From Salinivirgaceae bacterium (GTDB lineage: Bacteria > Bacteroidota > Bacteroidia > Bacteroidales > SZUA-534): 57,434 bases of DNA. The notes beneath the pieces are model-generated. The model was not told the origin of the DNA, searched no databases, and worked only from the letters and a program-made list of their open reading frames with translations. Where the stretch lies: the NCBI GenBank assembly GCA_024405635.1, contig JAKSOL010000019.1:1-57434 (forward strand), written 5' to 3'. The translations under genes and the position numbers were made by a program. Positions 9,661 to 18,476 of the stretch are shown piece by piece (position 1 is the stretch's first letter; every line of letters begins with the position of its first letter).

Positions 9661-10230
9661 TTATTTCACCTCAGCACCCAATTGCAATGCTTTTACATTC
9701 ATAGCAACAACCTCGTCGCCTTTTGATCCAAAAATTCGAGCCACACTAGCGCTCAACGTTTCTATATCGAGTCCAAGAGCATTTGCAGCGGCACCAAGCA
9801 AAATCATATTTACGCTACGTGTCATTTGGTTTTCTTTTGCAATTGTCTCAGCATCAACAAGAATTGCATTACCAAGTTTGCCTAGTTCGGCATAAATTGC
9901 ATCAATATTTGGGTAGTTTGGAATGTTTACAAATGGGGCTTTTGCGGTAACTATCCAACCTCCTTTTTTCAATGCCGATTTGTAGCGCAGAGCCTCCATT
10001 GGTTCCATTGAAATAACAATATCGGCACAACCTTGCCCAATTAAATCTGAAGCTATAGGTTGGTCAGAAATACGAAGATGGCTATGAACATCGCCACCAC
10101 GTTGGCTCATGCCGTGAACTTCGGCTTGTTTAATATACATACCCTTATTCATAGCGGCATCGCCAATAATTGTAGCAATTGACAATATGCCTTGTCCGCC
10201 AACACCTGAAAGAATTATATCACGTTTCAT
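9661..10230 (-). CDS. iorB: Indolepyruvate:ferredoxin oxidoreductase beta subunit
   Basis: GVGGQG and EVHGMSQRGG; overlaps the iorA stop by 4 nt. Confidence 0.92.
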   Translation of the reverse strand: MKRDIILSGVGGQGILSIATIIGDAAMNKGMYIKQAEVHGMSQRGGDVHSHLRISDQPIASDLIGQGCADIVISMEPMEALRYKSALKKGGWIVTAKAPFVNIPNYPNIDAIYAELGKLGNAILVDAETIAKENQMTRSVNMILLGAAANALGLDIETLSASVARIFGSKGDEVVAMNVKALQLGAEVK

Positions 10231-11837
10231 TTTGCTGATTTCTTTTGTTTGAGTTTACGGTTTAGTGTTTGCAAGCACTCGCGACGAGGAATAATAACCG
10301 ACAAGCCACGATACTCCATTTCTTGAGCAATGATGCGGGTTATCTCTTCCATATTTTTGGGCAACGGCTCAACCACGTGAAGGTGATTGCGGTCAACTCC
10401 AAGTCCAAGACAAATTGCCTCATATTTGTTAAGTCCTGCCGAATCTTGACCACCAGTCATGGCTGTTGTAAGGTTATCGCTAATAACAACAGTGATTGGT
10501 GCATTTGCGTTAACAGCATCAAGCAAGCCAGTCATACCCGAGTGGGTAAAGGTTGAGTCGCCAATAATTGCAACAGCGTGTTGCAAACCTGCATCGCTGG
10601 CACCTTTTGCCATTGTTATGCTGGCGCCCATATCAACGCACGAACTTAATGCCGAAAACGGAGGTAATGCGCCCAAGGTGTAGCAACCTATGTCGCCAAA
10701 CACTTTTGCATCAGGATATTTTTCGCGAATAACTGTATTAATAGCCTCGTAAACACTACGATGGCCACAACCTTGGCACAATGCAGGTGGGCGTGGAACA
10801 ACCAATTCGCAGGCTTCTTCGTGCTCGTGAGCCGATAGTCCCAAAGCTTTGCGAACATTGTCGGGTGTAAGTTCGCCAGTGCGAGGAAGTGCGCCGCTCA
10901 AACGGCCTTCGATTTTTATTGCTGTTGGCAAAATGCCCAATAGTTGTTCCTCAACAAAAGGTTGGCCATCTTCAACCACCAAAATAGATTGGCAGCGGGT
11001 TGCCATTGCGCAAATTTTTTCGGTTGGTAAAGGATATTGCGATATACGTAGAATGTCGTATTCAGGCATATCGGCTAAGTTTTCGGTTACATAGTTATAT
11101 GCAATGCCACAAGCAATAATACCTTGTTTTGGACTACCCTTTTTGCAATCGATGTTAAGAGTTGAATTGTTTGACAATTCTTTCAATTTAGGTTGCAAAG
11201 CTGTAAGCGAGTCGTTTTTACGGCGCGCATTTACAGGCAAAAGCACCCAGTCGCGCCAATTTTCGGCAGGACTAATTGAGTTGCATTTGCGAGCCTCAGT
11301 TTTTACCTCAACCACAGCGCGAGAGTGAGCCAAACGCGTAACAATGCGCATAAGCACTGGTAGTTTAAGCGACTCAGAAAGCTCAAAAGCATCTTGAATC
11401 ATGTTGTAAGCATCTTGTTGGGTTGAAGGTTCGATGGTTGGAATCATTGCAAACTTGCCGTAGAAACGCGAGTCTTGTTCGTCTTGCGACGAGTGCATTG
11501 AAGGGTCGTCGGCTGCAACAACAACCACTCCACCGTTAACGCCAGTCATTCCGCTATTTACAAACGGGTCGGCGCACACATTCATACCAACGTGTTTCAT
11601 ACACACAAGGGCACGTTTGCCCACAAACGACATTCCAAGAGCCGCCTCCATGGCTGTTTTTTCGTTTGTGCACCATTTGCTATGAACGCCACGCTCTTTG
11701 GCCAATGGCGACATTTGAATAAATTCGGTTATTTCGGTTGAAGGGGTTCCTGGGTAAGCATACACGCCACTTAATCCAGCATGCAAGGCGCCCAACGCTA
11801 TTGCATGATCGCCCAACAACAATTGCTTTTCTGTCAT
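10227..11837 (-). CDS. iorA: Indolepyruvate:ferredoxin oxidoreductase alpha subunit (TPP-dependent)
   Basis: YPGTPSTE, MKHVGMNV, DDPSMHSSQDEQD, CQGCGH, GDIGCY and GDSTFTHSG TPP motif. Confidence 0.93.
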   Translation of the reverse strand: MTEKQLLLGDHAIALGALHAGLSGVYAYPGTPSTEITEFIQMSPLAKERGVHSKWCTNEKTAMEAALGMSFVGKRALVCMKHVGMNVCADPFVNSGMTGVNGGVVVVAADDPSMHSSQDEQDSRFYGKFAMIPTIEPSTQQDAYNMIQDAFELSESLKLPVLMRIVTRLAHSRAVVEVKTEARKCNSISPAENWRDWVLLPVNARRKNDSLTALQPKLKELSNNSTLNIDCKKGSPKQGIIACGIAYNYVTENLADMPEYDILRISQYPLPTEKICAMATRCQSILVVEDGQPFVEEQLLGILPTAIKIEGRLSGALPRTGELTPDNVRKALGLSAHEHEEACELVVPRPPALCQGCGHRSVYEAINTVIREKYPDAKVFGDIGCYTLGALPPFSALSSCVDMGASITMAKGASDAGLQHAVAIIGDSTFTHSGMTGLLDAVNANAPITVVISDNLTTAMTGGQDSAGLNKYEAICLGLGVDRNHLHVVEPLPKNMEEITRIIAQEMEYRGLSVIIPRRECLQTLNRKLKQKKSAK

Positions 11838-11860
11838 AGTAATTATATTATTTGATTGGG

Positions 11861-12250
11861 TTATTTTTTTGATTTATGGTAACAAAGTGCACCCATTTTG
11901 GCAACGATATTGCCGTTTTGGGTTAAAATAACGTCAAACGATGGTAATCGGTGATGGTTAACAATTTCGGTTGCAACAGCCTCAAGTCGGCCTTTTGTTA
12001 CTGCACTTATGTATTTAATGTCGGCTTGTATTGATACTGAGCCCAGTTCGCGAGAATTGGCAGCAACTGCAAGAATTGTGTCGGCAAGAGTAAATATTGC
12101 GCCACCTTGGCAAAAACCATTTGCGTTAAGATGGCTATCGTTTACATCGAGATGCCCAGTTGCCTTTCCGTCGTCAACGGTGTCAATTACCACACCAACG
12201 TTTTTTGCAAACACATCGGCCTCAAAAAATTCTTTTACATTTTCAACCAT
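11861..12250 (-). CDS. PaaI-family hotdog-fold acyl-CoA thioesterase
   Basis: HLNANGFCQGGAIFTLAD motif. Confidence 0.88.
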   Translation of the reverse strand: MVENVKEFFEADVFAKNVGVVIDTVDDGKATGHLDVNDSHLNANGFCQGGAIFTLADTILAVAANSRELGSVSIQADIKYISAVTKGRLEAVATEIVNHHRLPSFDVILTQNGNIVAKMGALCYHKSKK

Positions 12251-12308
12251 TGCTATTTATTTAATTTAATGATTATAAAATACTTAATACCACTCATAAT
12301 TATTGGCA

Positions 12309-13226
12309 CTAATGCAAAAATCCATTCATTTCAAGCCAATAATAACAGGCTTGAGTCCAATGCGATTCGGTAGTTGGTTTGTTGCGCAAACCATAACCAT
12401 GCGAACCTCGTGGATATAAATGCACCTCGCACTGACGATTGTTTTCTGCCATTGCTTTGGCATATAACATTGTTCCCTCGTACGAAACTGTATTGTCGTC
12501 AAACGAATGCACCATGAAAGTAATAGGAGTTGTTTTTCCTACGTGTTTGTAACTAGCAAAATAATCCAAATCTGCTTCGGTTGGATTATCACCCAACAAC
12601 GATGTTTGCGACCCTTTGTGTGTCAATTCATCTTCGAGCGTAAGAACGGGATAAATCAAGATTTGAAAGTTTGGGCATGCGTTTGTATAGTCTGATTTGT
12701 AAAGTTCTTCAGAATGATGGTCTGAAAGAGATGTAACCAAATGACCACCCGACGAAAACCCTATTGCGCCTACTCTATGAGTATCAAAGCCAAGAGAGTC
12801 GGACATTTCTCTAATTAAACGCATTGCACGTTGCGCATCTTGCAATGGAGCTATTTTTTTCACTTCGGGCACCATTGTAATGTCGTTTGGCAATCTATGT
12901 TTAAGCACAAATGCAGTAATGCCTATGCTGTTAAGCCATTGAGCCACTTCGTGCCCCTCGTGTTCAACTGCAAGTGCCCAATACCCACCTCCGGGTATAA
13001 CAAGAACAGCGGTATGTGTGTTTCTATCGGCAGGCGCAGGATAGATTGTTAGTGTTGGCATAGTTATATTACGCTCCCAAGTCCACCCCTCTTCGCCTCT
13101 TTCGGGTTCAAGTTCTAAACCTGTACCTCCGGGAATTGCACCATCGGGCCAAAGGTTAATGGTTTTTGTTTGCGCACCAGCCGAAATAGCCAAAGCCATT
13201 AAAACAACCAACAGATTTACTCTCAT
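12309..13226 (-). CDS. Exported alpha/beta hydrolase (carbohydrate esterase, BD-FAE/acetyl xylan esterase-like)
   Basis: Signal peptide; PGGGY oxyanion loop, GFSSGG nucleophile elbow, DDNTV Asp and GSHGYG His. Confidence 0.85.
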   Translation of the reverse strand: MRVNLLVVLMALAISAGAQTKTINLWPDGAIPGGTGLELEPERGEEGWTWERNITMPTLTIYPAPADRNTHTAVLVIPGGGYWALAVEHEGHEVAQWLNSIGITAFVLKHRLPNDITMVPEVKKIAPLQDAQRAMRLIREMSDSLGFDTHRVGAIGFSSGGHLVTSLSDHHSEELYKSDYTNACPNFQILIYPVLTLEDELTHKGSQTSLLGDNPTEADLDYFASYKHVGKTTPITFMVHSFDDNTVSYEGTMLYAKAMAENNRQCEVHLYPRGSHGYGLRNKPTTESHWTQACYYWLEMNGFLH

Positions 13227-13873
13227 TATTTATTGCCTAATATTGAATTTGCTACAATATCTGCCATCAATGCAGCGGCTTGCTCGTTTGGATGAATTGA
13301 ATCAGGGAAATTAGCAACTTGATTGGCTAGTTTTGTGTGAAAATCAATTACTTGCAAGTCGTTAGCTTTGGCTAGTGAATCAATTATTGGAATAATATAA
13401 TTAGATATTATCGAGTCGTTAATACCCCAACGATTGCCAAAAGCTGGAGCCGGAGTGCAAACCAAAATGCGTGGATTGCTAGGCATGTGCTTAATTGTGT
13501 CAATCATAGCTTGATAATCGTTAGCAAAACGCGAATAGTTCCAATTGTATGGTTTTGAGTCGTTTGTACCAAGTTTCATTACCACAATATCGGGTTGATA
13601 GGCCATAAGGTTTGAAAACTCTTTAACTAACCAATAAGGAAAATCGCCCTCTTTTTGCAAAGTAGTAGAACTTCGGCCGCAATTTTGAACAGCATAAGCA
13701 TCGCCGAGTTTTTGCCCTAAAACAACAGGATAATCGTCGATACTTTGGCGGCGAATGCCATGCCCTTCAGTTATACTATCGCCCACGCAAGCCACTTTTA
13801 TTTTTGACTGATTGCTGCAAGCACACATACAAACGGCCATTGAAGCCACAAAAAACAATCTTGTAATTTTCAT
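13226..13873 (-). CDS. SGNH/GDSL esterase lipoprotein (acetylesterase-like)
   Basis: GDSIT, LGTND and DSIHPN blocks; lipobox-like CACS; stop overlaps the next start. Confidence 0.88.
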   Translation of the reverse strand: MKITRLFFVASMAVCMCACSNQSKIKVACVGDSITEGHGIRRQSIDDYPVVLGQKLGDAYAVQNCGRSSTTLQKEGDFPYWLVKEFSNLMAYQPDIVVMKLGTNDSKPYNWNYSRFANDYQAMIDTIKHMPSNPRILVCTPAPAFGNRWGINDSIISNYIIPIIDSLAKANDLQVIDFHTKLANQVANFPDSIHPNEQAAALMADIVANSILGNK

Positions 13874-14135
13874 TTATAAAACTTTTAAGTTCTTGGTTAT
13901 AAAATGTTAAAAAGGTGCATAAACCTATTTAACTAAAGTGTAGGCAAATTAGTGCATCTTTTGAATAAATCATCAATCAACACATGTTTTTTTAAACCAC
14001 AAATTCAACTTCCATTTTATCAAGCATCAACAGCGCAATTTATTACACTTGGTATAAACAAATTGCTTACATTGCACTATTTATTTATACCGAAAGAAAT
14101 TATTATTTGAAATGCACTCAAATATCAATTACTAT

Positions 14136-17100
14136 ATGAAGAAGATACTTTGCTTACTATCGGCACTAATTGTTGCAATTGTAGCCTCTGCCCAAAGTCA
14201 AGCTATTAAATTTCGCCACATTGATTTATACGATGGTCTGTCGCACAACAACGTGCAATCGTTTTATCACGATGAGCACGGATTTATATGGATAGGCACA
14301 ATGTCAGGATTGAATAGATATAACGGATACATGTTAAAAGTATTCAGTTGCGACAACAAAGACTCAGTTGGATTGAAATACAATGAAATTACAGACATAT
14401 ATCCCGACAACGATGGCAACCTTTGGTTGTTTAAATACGACCAATTGAATGCCATATTCAATCCAAGTACCGAATCTTTTAGCAACGACCACCCAATTTT
14501 CCACAACGAAGTTCACTTTGATGCACAATTTACAACCTCAATGGTGGTTGACAACAACAAAAACCTTTGGATTAGCAATAGTCTTGATGGAATTTACAAA
14601 TACAATAGCAAAACAAACACCCTGCAACATTTTATTGAAAACCGAAACGAAGACAAACCCATTTCGTCAAACTACGTATCGGCCATTGCCTTTGACTCTG
14701 AAGGTTACCTTTGGACTTGTACAACACGTGGTGTGCTTGAAAAGATTGACACAACAACAATGTCGGTGATTCAAAGAACAAACATTAGTTCTGGAAAAAC
14801 ATCAGACCAAGTGCTATACTACAAATACAAATTGTTTATTGATTCTGACAACGACATTTGGGTGTACTGCAAAGATTTGGAAGATGGCGCATTTTGCTAC
14901 TCCCCAATAACCAACAGCATAAAACATTTTAACGACGACATTAACAACCCATATCACATTTCAAACAACAAAGTATCGTCAATATCGCAAGACGAACAAG
15001 GCAAAATATGGATAGGCATTATTAATGGTGGCATTGCCATTTATAACAAAGACGAATCATCGATACACCAGTTAAAAAACGAATACAATGACGAGTTTAG
15101 TTTAACCCACAACTCAATTAACAGCATTTACTGCGACCGCATTGGACGCATGTGGATTGGAACACACAAAGGTGGTGTTAATTTTTACCATGCAAACCTT
15201 TTCCGTTTTGGACTAGTGCGCACAAAAATTACAAACACCAACTCGGTTTTAAGCAACGAGATAACCTGTTTTGCACAAGACTCAAAAGGATTTTTGTGGA
15301 TTGGCACAAATGGTAAAGGCATAAGCCGATTTGATTACAACAAAAAACAATACCTAAACTTTTTAAACAATCCGAACGACCCTAACAGCATTAGTAATAA
15401 TACAATTGTTTGTATGGATGCCGATAACAAAGGTCGCTTATGGATTGGCGCATATTGCGGTGGACTAATAATGTACGATGGTTACAAATTCACAACTTTT
15501 AGCCACGACATGAGCAACCCGCAAACATTATCAAACAACAATGTTAAACACGTTCTTGCCGCTTCAACTGGTAAAATTTGGATTGCCACTTTGGGCGGAG
15601 GCCTCGATTGTCTTGACCCTGCCACTCGCATCTTTACTCACTACAAGGCAAACGACATTAATTCAGTTAATTCAAACTTTGTAACATCATTGTCCGAAGA
15701 CAAATTTCGGAATATATGGATAGGCACAAATGACGGGCTTGATTACCTTGACTATAATACAGGCCGTTTTTACCATTTTACCCATGAAGCCAACAACAAA
15801 AACTCTCTTATCTCAAACGATATTCTGTTTGTTAAACCTGATAGTCGCGGACTTGTATGGATAGGCACACACGAAGGAGTTGACTGTTTTGACCCACAAA
15901 GTCGCGTTTTCAGGCACTTTTCAATTGCAGAAGGCATGCCATCAAAATCAATTGTATCATGCGAAGAAAACAAAAGCGGACACATGTGGTTTGGCACATT
16001 AAACGGTATATGCAACATGTACATTAACAACTATCAAGACATAAACCACTTTGATTACAAAATATTTAACTACAACATTACCGATGGTTTACAAGGAAAA
16101 GATTTTAACGAGCAATCGAGCATCAAACTTGAAAATGGATTCTTGTTTTTTGGAGGCAATTTTGGCATAAACATGTTTGACCCAAACAAACTTGAAGAAA
16201 CAAAAATTGAGACAAACCTTGTTCTAACAGGATTAACCGTTCTTAACAAACTAGTGGCAGTAGGAAAAAGCATCGACAAAGAGAAACCTATTTTGTCTAG
16301 AATAATAACCGAAACAAAAAAGATAACCCTATCGCACAAACAAAACGTTTTTGGAATTCAGTTTGCATCGCTCAACAACCTTTATCCCAACCGCACCTTA
16401 TACAAATACAAACTTGAAGGATTTGACAAAGATTGGGTAACTATAGCATCATCGGGACGAATGGCAGTATATACAAACCTTAATCCTGGCAAATACACAT
16501 TTAGAGTAATAGCTACCGACAATTCAAACGAATGGTGCAACCAAGAGGCTACACTCGAAATAACAATTAAACCTCCATTTTATGCATCGCCCCTTGCCCT
16601 ATTTATTCTTTGCCTGCTAATTGTTGCCGCGTGCGTTTGGCTATTGCACAGAATAAAAAATAACGAACTAAACCGATACAAACAACAACAACAACGAGTT
16701 GAAAACCTACGCCAACACGAGGTTGACGAAATGAAAATAAAATTTTTAACCAACATCAGCCACGAGTTCCGCACGCCTCTTACTCTTATTCTTACCCCTA
16801 TTGATAAACTTTTAAAACAAGACATTTCCGACGATTTTAGAACCTATCTTGAAATGATTCGCCGAAATGGCAAACGCCTTTACAACCTTGTAAATCAGTT
16901 GCTCGATTTCCAAAAAATGGAAAAACACAACGTTAAACTCAACACATCATACGGCAACATTGTAAGTTTTGTAAAAGCAACAGCCGAATCGTTTACCGAC
17001 CTTTCAGAATCAAAAAACATTAATTACAAGTTTCAAAGCCAAAATGCTATTGTAAACATGTATTTTGACCATGACAAGTTGGAAAAAATATTATTCAACC

Positions 17101-18308
17101 TTTTGAGCAACGCATTCCGCTACACCCCCGACGGTGGAACAATATCAATGGAAATAACCACATACAACAAAGAAACTCACAACAATAGCAAATTTATAGG
17201 TAGCGACTATGTTGAGATTAAAGTGAGCGACACCGGTGTGGGCATTGCTCCTGATGCAAAAGCTCGCATATTTGAACGTTTCTTTCAAAGCAACAACAAT
17301 AACAACAATAACAACCAAGGCACGGGAATTGGATTGGCTATTGCACAAGAGTTTGTTAAAGTTCATGGCGGAACAATTAGTGTTGACAGCGAAATTGGCA
17401 AAGGTTCAACATTTGCTGTTTGCCTACCAATAACTACCGATAACCAAACAACAATGCCTACCCCATCTCAAAACTCCACCGAAATAACCGAATGGGAAAG
17501 CAAACCCGCTGGACTATACGATAACGACGACAACCAAGGCCTGAACAACAACCAACCCAAAATACTAGTAGTTGAAGATAACGAAGACCTACGTTACTAC
17601 CTACGAAACAATTTGTTAGACGAATTTGTTGTATCTGAAGCCCGAAACGGCAAAGAGGCTCTTGAAAAAATGCTTGTAAGTGTGCCAGACATTGTAGTTT
17701 CAGACATACTGCTACCAGAGATGAGCGGCATTGAACTATGCGCAACAATTAAAAACAACGAAGATTGGTCGCACATTCCAATAATTCTATTGACAGCAAG
17801 CGCATCAGAATACCAAGCAAAAAAAGGAATAGGCCCAGGTGCTGACGACTTTGTTACTAAACCTTTTGATTACGCAATTCTATTAATGAAGATTAAAAAG
17901 TTGCTTGAAATACGCGGCAGTATGCAACAAATGTTTCAACAAAAACTTGAAATATCGCCAAGCGAAATAACCATCACATCGATGGACGAAAAATTTATGC
18001 AAAAGGCCATTAAAGTAACCGAAGAAAAAATGAGCAACCCCGACTACTCCGTTGCCCGTTTGAGCAGCGACCTTGGAGTTAGCCGAGGCCACCTTTACAA
18101 CAAAATTTTAGCACTCACAGGCCGCACTCCTATTGAGTTTATTCGCATAATGCGACTAAAACGCGCAGCCCAACTACTAGGTAAAAGTCAATTATCGGTT
18201 TCAGAAATTGCCTACCAAGTTGGATTTAACGACCCTCGTTACTTTGCCCGATACTTTAAAGACGAGTATAACATGACTCCATCGGAATACGCTAAAAAGA
18301 ATGCCTAA
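14136..18308 (+). CDS. Hybrid two-component system sensor/regulator (Reg_prop propellers, Y_Y_Y, HisKA, HATPase, REC, AraC HTH)
   Basis: Repeated WIGT..GL blades, YTNLNPGKYTF, TM helix, NISHEFRTPLT, NLLSNAF, DTGVGI, GTGIGL, VVSDILLP, TKPF and IAYQVGFNDPRYF. Start taken at ATG 14136 (signal peptide MKKILCLL). Confidence 0.95.
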   Translation: MKKILCLLSALIVAIVASAQSQAIKFRHIDLYDGLSHNNVQSFYHDEHGFIWIGTMSGLNRYNGYMLKVFSCDNKDSVGLKYNEITDIYPDNDGNLWLFKYDQLNAIFNPSTESFSNDHPIFHNEVHFDAQFTTSMVVDNNKNLWISNSLDGIYKYNSKTNTLQHFIENRNEDKPISSNYVSAIAFDSEGYLWTCTTRGVLEKIDTTTMSVIQRTNISSGKTSDQVLYYKYKLFIDSDNDIWVYCKDLEDGAFCYSPITNSIKHFNDDINNPYHISNNKVSSISQDEQGKIWIGIINGGIAIYNKDESSIHQLKNEYNDEFSLTHNSINSIYCDRIGRMWIGTHKGGVNFYHANLFRFGLVRTKITNTNSVLSNEITCFAQDSKGFLWIGTNGKGISRFDYNKKQYLNFLNNPNDPNSISNNTIVCMDADNKGRLWIGAYCGGLIMYDGYKFTTFSHDMSNPQTLSNNNVKHVLAASTGKIWIATLGGGLDCLDPATRIFTHYKANDINSVNSNFVTSLSEDKFRNIWIGTNDGLDYLDYNTGRFYHFTHEANNKNSLISNDILFVKPDSRGLVWIGTHEGVDCFDPQSRVFRHFSIAEGMPSKSIVSCEENKSGHMWFGTLNGICNMYINNYQDINHFDYKIFNYNITDGLQGKDFNEQSSIKLENGFLFFGGNFGINMFDPNKLEETKIETNLVLTGLTVLNKLVAVGKSIDKEKPILSRIITETKKITLSHKQNVFGIQFASLNNLYPNRTLYKYKLEGFDKDWVTIASSGRMAVYTNLNPGKYTFRVIATDNSNEWCNQEATLEITIKPPFYASPLALFILCLLIVAACVWLLHRIKNNELNRYKQQQQRVENLRQHEVDEMKIKFLTNISHEFRTPLTLILTPIDKLLKQDISDDFRTYLEMIRRNGKRLYNLVNQLLDFQKMEKHNVKLNTSYGNIVSFVKATAESFTDLSESKNINYKFQSQNAIVNMYFDHDKLEKILFNLLSNAFRYTPDGGTISMEITTYNKETHNNSKFIGSDYVEIKVSDTGVGIAPDAKARIFERFFQSNNNNNNNNQGTGIGLAIAQEFVKVHGGTISVDSEIGKGSTFAVCLPITTDNQTTMPTPSQNSTEITEWESKPAGLYDNDDNQGLNNNQPKILVVEDNEDLRYYLRNNLLDEFVVSEARNGKEALEKMLVSVPDIVVSDILLPEMSGIELCATIKNNEDWSHIPIILLTASASEYQAKKGIGPGADDFVTKPFDYAILLMKIKKLLEIRGSMQQMFQQKLEISPSEITITSMDEKFMQKAIKVTEEKMSNPDYSVARLSSDLGVSRGHLYNKILALTGRTPIEFIRIMRLKRAAQLLGKSQLSVSEIAYQVGFNDPRYFARYFKDEYNMTPSEYAKKNA

Positions 18309-18324
18309 CAACACACACACATAC

Positions 18325-18367
18325 AAAAGCAGCCATAAGCAAGCAACTTATGGCTGCTTTTATTTTT
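18325..18367 (+). terminator. Intrinsic terminator after the HTCS
   Basis: AAAAGCAGCCATAAG...CTTATGGCTGCTTTT perfect stem followed by a T-rich tail. Confidence 0.85.
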
Positions 18368-18440
18368 CAAACACTAATCTCATCTCATTCTTATGCATAT
18401 TATTATTGCAATATCACATATTCCATATCCCGAAAAAAAA

Positions 18441-18448
18441 TACATTTG
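18441..18448 (+). promoter_or_regulatory. -7 element TACATTTG for the TonB receptor cluster
   Basis: TAnnTTTG match 28 nt before TTG 18477. Confidence 0.55.
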
Positions 18449-18476
18449 GCAAACCAAAATAAATAACCTTCTTACA

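Noticed and set aside
18311-18320. (AC)5 dinucleotide run after the HTCS stop
   Set aside because: Short, non-coding, upstream of a terminator, and expected from the A/C strand bias; not credible as a phase-variation tract.
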